Of a stretch of 53,412 nucleotides of DNA, positions 44,201-53,412 are shown in pieces. Source of the stretch: Guillardia theta CCMP2712. Its lineage: Eukaryota; Protista; Cryptophyta. Made by a program: the position numbers and the translations under genes. The notes below the pieces were generated by a model, which was not told where the DNA came from, ran no database searches, and was given only the letters and a program-made list of their open reading frames with translations. Within the stretch, counting starts at the first letter, position 1; each line of letters begins with the position of its first letter. Where the stretch lies: positions 310,252-363,663 of the forward strand of contig NW_005434607.1 of NCBI RefSeq assembly GCF_000315625.1. The letters run 5' to 3'.

Positions 44201-47083
44201 CTCCTCGCCCCAGCGACTTCACGATGAGAATGTCGGAGGCGCTTTTTTCCGGGTTCGCGTATCCTCCTTTTGCATTCTGCATCTTCAGTTGAATCCAGAA
44301 GAGGGCAGAGGTAGGAGAGGAGCAGGAAGTCACGTTAAAGTACATGGACTGGTTCACCATCACATACTTGCTCGCTTCGTCTCCAGCATCCCAGGACAAG
44401 GTCTGGAGGAAGGTGTAGTTTGAGGAACATGACATTCTTGTCTCGTAGTCCATCAGCACAATCGAAACTTCAACGCTGGCAGCGCCCATTGCACCTCCCA
44501 CTCTGTTCACTTGCACTGCGATGCCCCCTGGCTCCGTCTCATCGAACCTGTACGACAGCCGATCGAACTCGAGGATTCCGTTCCCTGAAGTTGCCGATCG
44601 AAAGATCCTCACGACCGCGGAGCTCGTGGCGGCATCCTTCACTGCAGGAACTCCGTCCCTGACGTTTGCGAGGAACGCAGTGAACCGCAGGAACTGAAGA
44701 TTAGGGGGGAAAGAAACGCTGTCAGGGATGATGACATTGACAGTTCGACTGCTGTTGTCCTGTCCGCTCCACTTCAAAACTCCTGAGGCAGCCAGGAAGT
44801 CCTGAGGCTCCTCCGCTGTGTCCCCGAGGAACCCGTAGGCTACAGAAAGAGGTCCCTGAAACCCGTTGATTCGCTCCACCCTGAGCGTGACATTGTGGAA
44901 ATTGCTCGTGGAATAGAGGACATCGTAGGTTGAAGACGAGAACACAGCATGTCCTGAGATAGCATTGTCGTTGATGATAGTGAAGTTGAGGACCCTGTAG
45001 GCATTTTGGATCTGACCGCCAGCAGAAGATATAGAGACTGCAATATACGACGTGCTCTTGTCAAGACGATATATTCCATCATTCTTGAATTGCAATCGGA
45101 CTGAATGTGTAATCTGCCCCGAAGAAATGTTCTCAGTGGAACCAACGGTGACGTATCGATCGCTGGATCCGACGACCTCAACAACTTCTGATTGTACCAC
45201 AAAGCTCACATTGATCAACCTTGTGAACGATCCTCTCAACCAGAACTCAAGATCGAGTTGCTCCCGCGACTGCAGGACGTACAGGTTCGTAGGCATCAAC
45301 CCGACAACGGCAGTCCCTGTGTACAAGGTCACGTTCGCGTATTTGAGATGCGTGCGACCCTCCGGGTCAATCCATTGTAGGACGACGGCGAAGGTCAAAT
45401 CCCTTACTTGAGTCTCGTTCGCCGGGATCATTTGGAGGGGAATCAGTCTGTCAGAGCCATCGCTGGCGTTCCAGGTCAGTTTCCCACTGCTAGGAACGAA
45501 GTGACGGTCAGGAACTGCCGTTAGTCCGTCGACGCAGCAGAGAGTAGAGAAAGTAGCTTCTACAGCCATATCTGATGTATTGCGCATGACTACAAGGTAG
45601 AATTGATCTTGCAACCTGTTGAGATTGTACGAGACCACATCGTCCTTGAAGTACAGGGGCATCACGGATTCAAAAGTGCTTATGAGGACCCATGACCCAC
45701 CGACAATCTGAGCCCCCAACACGAAACCAACGTGAACTAGAAAAGATCTCTCGGGGATAAAACTTGGTTTTGAGTCATGGAGTTCCACTTTCGCCACAGT
45801 TTCGTTCTGATTTAGCAGCCTGAAAGTCACCAGGTTGGTGCTGGGTCCATACATGTCCCAGTGCAAAATTCCATCTGTTCCCTGAAAGTGTACCCCATTC
45901 TGATAGGTCGCGCTCAGGAAAAAATATTTCGCTTGAATCTGGCCATCCACTCCAAACATTCTTGTAACTGAGATTTGAAAATATCCTGAGGCATGTTCGA
46001 TTTGTGGACTAATCGTCAGATAGGTCGTATTGGAGGAGTTGACTATATCAACCCACAGGGTAGACTTTCCATTGTCTATGAGGAAAGGCGCAGGTAATCC
46101 ACCAAGAGTACCACTGCATAGCCTGATAGCTAAGGACGTCTTCAAGAAGTACGACTCCTGCAACTTTACATTGATGACTTGTTCTTGCCCTTCTCCATCT
46201 TTCCACGAGAGCTCATGTGTGGCCGACACTCCCTGACATGGAACATCTGTGCTTGAGGGAGATCCAGCGAACACGCCCACTATCAGTACAAGGTCGCCAG
46301 CTGTGCCTTGAACACGAGATACCTTGACGTTCAAACATTTCTGACCGACTCGTACGGAGGTTTCATTCAGCTGGAACTGAACTCTCCCAGGAGATGCATC
46401 CGGGTCCAACACATAAAAGGAATGCCGGTAAAATGGATGAGGGGAGTATGAGAATTTGAGGTTGACAGTGATCTTATTGTACAGAAGTTGTGTAACGTTG
46501 TTCATAACCCTTGAGAAAGGTATAGAAATCCTTCTATCCATCCCGTCCCAGACCTCCCAGTTCACCTTTCCGTTCCAATACTTGAGATCTGGCAGAAAAT
46601 TTGCGCTGAAGCCAGGGAAGACAGGAAGCCTCTGAACCCTCGCCTGGTCGAGCTTGAGGTACTGGAGGGACTCCTCCAGCCCCTCAATAGTGAACATGAT
46701 GTCTAGTTTCTGCTGAAACGATTCAGACCGTCTCAACGTGATCGTGGCTTGGAGCGAGTCTGACGTGTCATAGAGCAAAGACTGCGGCTCAAGGACGACT
46801 ATTTCGACACCTTCCCCATGGCACCACGATACATTGGGAGGACAGGAACCCGGTACATAACCCTGACACGCTGCGGAGCTCGGGGGGAAGTTAGATAAAG
46901 GGCAGACCACGTAGGAGGGATCAACTTCCTGTAAAGACAAGAACGTGAGATTGTGAAGAGAGAGAAGGCAGGATCAGGTTACACCAAGATCCCCCAAGCA
47001 TGAGAAAGGATCACCTGAGAAAGGCCGACCTCCCACAAGGACGAGATTACAAGCAGAGAGAGGAACTTGTGCCGCGTCTCCAT
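29238..47083 (-). CDS. Giant secreted multidomain protein, ~5773 aa, 8 exons: signal peptide, many Calx-beta repeats, beta-rich repeats, PAN/apple, EAR-like propeller, alpha-helical glycosidase-like region, Cys-rich (Ephrin_rec_like) repeats, Pmp-like GGA beta-helix, LamG/ConA, C-terminal lectin-like domain
   Basis: Exons 47083-47015, 46928-41355, 41296-40628, 40578-36898, 36844-35970, 35793-35535, 35485-33571 and 33517-29238 are joined by phase-matching GT-AG introns (17322 nt CDS). Signal peptide METRHKFLSLLVISSLWEVGLS. Calx-beta e.g. GILEFDRLSYRFDETEPGGIAVQVNRVGGAMGAASV..LSWDAGDEASK. PAN DCMKKCMQSQSLCKALFW..CYL. Cys-rich CKPGFY..CVECPVDYYK. GGAVYS/GGCIA repeats. LamG DGNWHHVV..LDGYLDDFRVYD. 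Confidence 0.88.
31357..32516. repeat. Near-identical 330-bp coding tandem repeat (3.5 copies; 110 aa, each unit made of two diverged 55-aa halves)
   Basis: ctgtacaccgccccgccctcc recurs at 31357, 31687, 32017 and 32347 (period 330), with only a few substitutions between copies. Confidence 0.97.
35825..35960. repeat. (GAT)n-rich repeat within intron 5 (35794-35969) of the giant gene
   Basis: Seen directly. It explains why this intron is 176 nt rather than ~50 nt. Confidence 0.85.
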
Positions 47084-47264
47084 GGCTTCACACTGTCAGG
47101 GCCTCGTACTGCACCTGCTCTTCCTCTTCAATCTCCTCGTCCCCTTGCACTGCATTCACGCGTTGCCACCATGGTCGAAGCGTCACCAATTTGTCAAGAA
47201 TTTTATATCGCTCCAAAAAAAAGGTCAAATCACCTCAATGTCTCCCTCATACAGCCCCAGGTCC

Positions 47265-47410
47265 AGGGGTTTCAACTCTGTTTCAACTGAGTTTCACTGA
47301 GGTTTTCGCCGCCGGGGGCCCTGCGGCGGCCCGGCCGGACTCGGCTCACAGTCAGCCTGACCGGATGGACGGCGAGGGTAGCGGAGCCTGACTGGGGCTC
47401 GCAGGCTATC
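47265..47410. repeat. GC-rich palindromic block upstream of the giant gene
   Basis: tttcaact repeats, the hairpin gccgccg-N9-cggcggc, and cccggccgg and cagtcagcctga motifs. Confidence 0.45.
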
Positions 47411-47578
47411 TGTTTCAGTTTAAACCCTCGGAAAGCTCTGATACTATCACATTCCTGGCGCCCAGGCTCATCGTCATGGAGAGATACAGCAAGAAATCGT
47501 TTGAAATTGAAAACATTTATATTATAACCATACAGTCGTTCTTTAAAGATTCCCGCGCCGCAAACAACTGCCCAAGGT

Positions 47579-50577
47579 CTATCTGGGGCTCAGGAGACGC
47601 ATATTCAGCTGCTCAGTCACTGAGCCATTATCAGCGTAAACAACTTTGCCAAGATCTGAAAGGAGCAAACAATAAGATGCCTTCAGAGCAGCGCCTTCAC
47701 CCTCGCTCACCGATATCTGCATTCTTCCCGGTCTTGTGATCTTTCTTGATCCACGAAGTGGGCGAGTTCACTTTCGGGGTGGAGTTGTTGGATAGCCCAG
47801 TGCTGTACTCGACAGCCTCCTCGTCCCGCGGTCCCTTCATCGCATGATGAGTCGACTAAACAGTAATTCGTCTACGATCTTCTCACCTCTAGTGCGCATT
47901 CTAGACGCTCGGCAATCTTGCTCGGCACGGGAAAGTCCCGGGAACCTGTTCGCTCACCATCAATCTCGAGGCCCCATCTCTCTCTTTTGGACTTACACAG
48001 GCGGGAGTGAAGGGTGGTGCAGAACTCTACACTCCCCACAAGCCACAGGAGACGGATCTGACGGCAGCAGGATTACAGACCAGGTAAAAGCCTCCTTGAT
48101 ACTCGACAACCTCCATGGCTCCAACCCGAGGCTTGCCGTCCTTGATGATGAAACAGAGGTTCCTGGAATGAATCATTTGGTCAACGGACCACCTTACATC
48201 ACAGTGGGTGTCACCAATGCGGATACAGAAGCGCTTCTATGGCATCACAGATTGTCATGTATAGCCTGTCGCCATGCAATCAGACAAATGGATTCATCGT
48301 CTGTCGAGTCTGCGCTACTTGTAGTATGGATTATCCAAGGGACTCTTCCCCGAAGTTCCGTTGTATCCATGTGTACAAAACTCGATTTCTACCGTCTGCG
48401 CCATGTCTCATCAAGAAAACAATCTTGACATGAAATGTCTTCACTCACCAGGATAGTATTGGCGTTCACGCGCCCCCTAGATAACTACTTCAGAATGTCT
48501 TAGTGGATCTGGTAAGGCATCACCTCAAGACGTGCTGTCTCAGCATGCTGAGCCCACCAAATCCAACCTGAACACTCGAGTGAGTTGGAATGAAGCAAAA
48601 GTGCTCAACATACACGAATGCCTCCTGATGGATCGAGCGTGTCCTTGCTGTAGAAGAACTCTCCGTACCTATCAACTCATTACCCACGCATCTCACCTTG
48701 ACAATGACAAGGTACATGGAGCTTGGAAGAAAAGGAGACTTCGGTGATTTTCTGAGATGTTCTACAAGCTCCTGCGCTTCGGTTCAGAAGAATCGAAGGG
48801 GCTGCAGAAACTCACCTTGTCCATCTCTGAAGTGGTGACAACCGTTGAGTTGGAAAGGGCTTGCGACACTGAAGACCGTACAGATCTGTGAAAGCTTTGA
48901 ATCTCGCAATCATCGCAAAGGTTTCCTCACCTTCTCGTCTGATACAACTCACTCGCATCGTCCGATCTACCACTGGTAGAATTCGCAGTTTGATCTAGCT
49001 CCATTGGGCCATTTCGCATCTTTTGCGAATCTTCCGAGTCCTGATTCACTTGCCCACTTGCGCTAGAATTCAGCATCTCCCCGCGTCTCTTATCATTTTT
49101 GTTGAGGAGCTCCTTGAAAGAAGCAAGCATCTGCAGATCTTCGTTGTTCATCTCTGAATCTTGAAGAGTCGAGTCCGAGCTCGTGGCAGCGTTTGCTCCA
49201 CGTTTGCATCGATGAGTGAGCGTATCCCTGCAACAAAAAAGTCAGCAAAAATCGAGGTGGAGTAACATTCATTCCTGATCGAGCTTTTGCTTTGGAATAT
49301 CGCATTCTCTGCTCTTGGAAATTGCTCAGGTGGGCCTGTGTTCAAATCACTTTTACTAGCACGGCGAGCTATGGGTCAAATATGGAGCAATATGCAAAGG
49401 AGATGAACATGTACAAAGCCAACATGGCTTGATATGGAACAATTTCCAAAAGGAATCAAAGGAAAGTTACCCGCGCTTGAAAGCGATCGAGGCGAGCTAT
49501 TCGCTTCGCTGGTGTGTGGTCTTCTCGGCATGGGAGAGGGCGAGCGCCGTGAAACCTTCCTCAGAGATTTCTTCATGGTCTCAGAAAGATTTGCCGGGTC
49601 CGTGACCTGATGAACAAGGTGACTTTTGCGACCAAGGCTGTGATGTCTCATGTACGTTGAAGGAAGGGAGATCGAGCTCACGGTCTTCCAAGCTTCGGCT
49701 CAGCTGGAAGGAGGTCTAAGGTGGACGGAGGGGATTGAAATCACAAGGCTCCTCCAGTACCAGAGATCGGCTTGTTGACATAGATCGGTAGCTCGGTGCT
49801 CCAATTGAGCTGCAAGTCTCTGAAATCGTGAAATCCTCTCTGAAGACCATGTCAATGAACTGAATGAAATTTCGCTCTTATATTCCACCTATAAGTCCGT
49901 GAGAGGACTGGGCTACAAGATGATCGCGTCCTTGCCGGCTGCTCTATCGATCCCCACAAGGACATGTGGGGGTTCACCTGTCCAACGTTTAAACTCGAGG
50001 CCTCAAGGTACAGCTGCTCTGCTTTCAGAGCCGCCGTCCCCACCCGCCATTTGACAGAGTCCTCTCGCAAGCTGCTGGAGGTAAGGGTGGTGGATGCATC
50101 TTGGTTGAAGTGTCAGCAGAGACTGCAAGGAAGCTTGAAGCTTACAGGATGGCTGACGGGAAAACACTTCCATCTCTTCCTTCCTGCGAAGATCGCTGTT
50201 GACGATAATCTCAGGTCCGGACTTTGGAATCGTGACACGTCACCTGAAGTATGGGAACATCTTTTCAACGTTCTTAGCGGGTGATATGCACTTTCGGGCA
50301 TCTCCAACATGCGACAACGGCTGGGAAGACATGTTAAATGAACGATCTCGATGATCCTCGTTCCAACCTGAGTCTTCCATGGAGATAAAAGTCTCTTGGA
50401 CACAACATCTGATAACCGAAAAGTGATTCCCGGGTCAAGTTCAACTCTCAGAACAAGAGTTTGCAGAAGTCATTCCATTCATACGAATGTTCTCATTCAG
50501 TCATGGAGAGGTGAGCCAAACTTGCGTCCAACTTTACCTGGGCCTGCAGCAGAGTTGTTCTTGCTGCCGTTAGGCAT
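47579..50577 (-). CDS. Hypothetical protein with many short exons (5' structure uncertain)
   Basis: 3' exons that splice plausibly: KRFCIRIGDTHCDVR/NLCFIIKDGKPRVGAMEVVEYQGGFYL/.../STHHAMKGPRDEEAVEYSTG...NADI/DLGKVVYADNGSVTEQLNMRLLSPR* (TAG at 47581-47579). Internal exons such as MNNEDLQMLASFKELLNK. No family recognised. Confidence 0.45.
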
Positions 50578-51187
50578 GGTGAACCTGACAACAGCAGAGA
50601 GCAGATCAGTGCTCTGTCTCTTGTCCATCTAGATTCATCCACATGATCGTGATAGTCTATCAATCTCTCGCCACCTTCTCTTTCTCCTCTTCCTCCAATT
50701 CCTCCCCCTCCAGCTCGACCCCAATCCGCTCCCTTGCCCTGCTACCAGTTCTAATCCTGGCACATCCACAACTTCAACCATCGCCAATCTTTGCTTCCTC
50801 CTGTTCTTGTTCCTTGTTCCCTCCCTGCATCTTGGTATTCACACTGCACCTCCTCTGAATCTCCCTCTGCACCCTGCATTTTTTGTGATCGCAAACTGTC
50901 GGGATTTTTGCGTCGGAGGCACCTATTTTTGAAAATTAAATACAGAATTTGGAAAAATGTCTTCGAAAAGTAAATTTTTCTAAAATCAATTTCAAATCAT
51001 TATTGAATTTCACATGCGAGAAAGGTCCTGTTGAAAATGGATCAGAAGTCCCCTAAAATTCAAACTTTGTTTTCATATTTGAACTTATTTCGAAACATTT
51101 CAAAATCGAGATGATTTACGTTCGGAAACTCAGGATCTCTGATCACTGAAGAGCAGGGCAAGACGAGCACGAAGCGACTGACGTGAA

Positions 51188-51263
51188 GGAGGAGGAGGAG
51201 GAGGAGGACGAGGACGACGAGGAGGAGGACGAGGAGGACGAGGAGGACGAGGAGGACGAGGAG
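51188..51263. repeat. (GAG/GAC)n microsatellite
   Basis: Seen directly in the sequence. Confidence 0.9.
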
Positions 51264-51325
51264 GGAATCCTTTGTCCTCTTTCACGGACAGAGAGTTTCA
51301 AACTTGATCTGCCAAACTGAAACGA

Positions 51326-53019
51326 ATGACGGATCCACCTGGTGTAGATGAAGCAATGCCAAGGTACGTGGACATTGGCATGGTCAAGTAGGCTTCAGTT
51401 ACGTGACTTTTCGCAGCGAGCCTTTTGCTCTGAAGACCCCGCCTGAGAGGGCAGAAGAAGATCCTGTGCTTGTGAGCCGTTGTTTCTGACCTCGTGGTCA
51501 TATGACTCTCGGAACGAATTCAGGAAGGTGAGGCGGTGCCAGCAGATAACGAGCTGGAAGGTGTCGGACTCGACGGGTAGCTCCTTGCAGTCACGTTCGT
51601 GTCAAGATTGACTTGTTTGCACTATCAAGGAATGTTCACAGCTCCGGCGAAGACCAGTCGAACTGCGCCCCCACAGGTACAGAAATCGTCGCTGCCGCAT
51701 GATGACGGAAGTTCGTGCAGAAGAGAAGAAAGAAAGCGGGGGGCAGATGTCATTCTTGACGCCAGTGAGTGTAACTTGCAACCATCCCGTCGCTTCTTGT
51801 TGCATTCTCTGACGCGTCTGTTGACTCGTCTGTTGACTCGTCCTCTCCTCTGACTTCAATCCACCCAGGTTGAGCCAACGACGAGGGCCCGTCGTGTCCC
51901 CAAGAGGATAGAGTTGGATCAAGACTCCAGCCTGAGCGAAGGAGAGAGTCAGAGCTCTTCCCTCGTCCTGGACTGCGAAGGCAGCGATGACAGGCCGAGA
52001 GGCTCATCTACCTTATTTGTTGGTGAGCCTCCTTCCTAAGGACGCACGTATTGCAGCTCCTGACGTTTGGATCAGAGGTGAAGTGCTGGGGGCTGCCAGC
52101 CGGGTGGTCCTGCACTGCTAAGGTGTCGTTGAAGAGTGAGGGCCAGGATCCGTCAGATTCTGTTCAGCCAGACTTGAACAATCAGGGAAAGAAGGACGAG
52201 GATGCCAAGGTTGAAGGGAGCGAAGAGGATGCGAATCGACAGGGGTCCATGGCGGGAGCGCGATCTGGGCTGCACGACGACGATCAAAGTTCTTTGCCTG
52301 GTGAAGGCAAGATGAAGAGCGAGGAAGACGTTTCTGTGCATGGAGATGTCGAGGACGAGCAGGGCAAAGGCGATGAGGTAGGAGTGGAATCAGGAAAACC
52401 ATCCAACTCTTCAGAAATTATCCCCGAGGTGTCACAAAAGACGTTGAAGGTGAGGACTTGGCTCATCCTATCAGCATGTGAAGTCTGTCTGTGATTTCCG
52501 AATGATGCGTAAGACTGCAGGTGAAAGGCAAGAAGACCTTGCTGAATCTAGTCGACAGCCATTTCGAGTTTGTTGCTCCAGACGGAACGCGCATGGGCAG
52601 TTTGGAAGAGGCAAACACCACCGTACCGACCACTTTGACATGCTAATGACATCAGTTCAGGTCTCTCAGTGGTTTTCTTCCCGACAAGATCTGGAGTATG
52701 ACGAGGTCTGCAATCTCCCAGCAGATGCTCTGACAGCCGCCTGACGGGTTTTCACCCAGGAGGCCTTCAGGACGAGCTTGCAGAGGTGAGTAGCCCCGCG
52801 AGCTGCCCAGGCATGACTCGACCGAGCAGAAGCAAGGAGGACGCATACCACCTGCTCAAGGGCAAGGAGCGAAGGATCGCTTCCATCTGCCGATCAAAAC
52901 AGGTCCGCGTTGATCCCTCCGGTCCCTCTGATCCTGACTGGCAGATGGACGAGCGGGATAGGGAGGCATTGCAGCTCATTATCGGTACTCACTTCAAGAT
53001 TCTTTCGTGTCGCGGCTAG
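51326..53019 (+). CDS. Hypothetical acidic, largely disordered protein, multi-exon
   Basis: MTDPPGVDEAMP followed by a GTACGT donor. Exons VEPTTRARRVPKRIELDQD..., EVKCWGLPAGWSCTAKVSL...EVSQKTLK, EDAYHLLKGKERRIASICRSKQ, MDERDREALQLIIGTHFKILSCRG*. No family recognised. Confidence 0.45.
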
Positions 53020-53318
53020 TCGTCTGCGCAGACGTCACTTTATCTTTTCGTCCCTGTCTCCATCACCTTCCTCGCATCCTGTGACGTTGGTTTTTCAACG
53101 CAGACACTCCTTTACTATGGTGTCGAGTCTGTGGGACGTTGCGCTCTACAGGTGAAGAGAGACGTTGATATCTTTGTAATCTAAGAATCGGCCAAGGATG
53201 GCAAGGGAGCACGTACGGAGAAAGGACGATCTGCGGGTCTGTAACATTGCAATGAGGGTTGAAGCTCTGACAGAAGGCTGATAGCCTGTGTGATTTCTTT
53301 GTACGGTCTAACCGGTAC

Positions 53319-53327
53319 GATGATGAC

Positions 53328-53393
<66 letters not shown>
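53319..53393. repeat. (GAT)n microsatellite, ~25 units
   Basis: Seen directly in the sequence. Confidence 0.95.
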
Positions 53394-53397
<4 letters not shown>

Positions 53398-53412
53398 ATA
53401 GGAGATAACGAG

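Noticed and set aside
29238-46940. Operon-like string of same-strand large ORFs or programmed frameshifts
   Set aside because: Every junction is explained by a canonical phase-matched GT-AG intron, so this is one gene.
47844-48428. 194-aa plus-strand ORF
   Set aside because: The minus strand has a coherent spliced exon chain over the same bases, and the plus ORF has no motifs.

Overview
Eukaryotic nuclear DNA from a draft assembly with two N gaps. The short (~50 nt) GT-AG introns with CTGAC-like branch sites, the (GAGCAG)n/(GAG)n-filled introns and the GC-rich palindromic intergenic blocks suggest a cryptophyte alga (Guillardia/Hanusia-like; inference). Splicing by eye gives about 11 genes: (1) the 3' end of a hypothetical gene; (2) a ~25-exon ankyrin protein with a signal peptide and C-terminal KGEL; (3) an R-S-E class ADP-ribosyltransferase fused to ~25 ankyrin repeats; (4) a 1268-aa membrane protein with the architecture 6TM-RelA/SpoT-like-6TM-RelA/SpoT-like; (5) an intronless alanine-glyoxylate aminotransferase; (6) an OB-fold + SAM methyltransferase; (7) a MORN-repeat type I membrane protein; (8) a small membrane protein; (9) a single ~5773-aa secreted Calx-beta/beta-helix/LamG giant protein that the ORF track splits into pieces; and (10-11) two multi-exon hypothetical genes. 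The best candidate for an undescribed system is the adenylyl-cyclase-shaped, receptor-like tandem RelA/SpoT nucleotidyltransferase. It lies next to the ART-ankyrin 'effector + variable sensor' gene, in a region punctuated by TACCCC-rich and GC-rich hairpin elements. All gene models and domain calls were made by eye, without searches.
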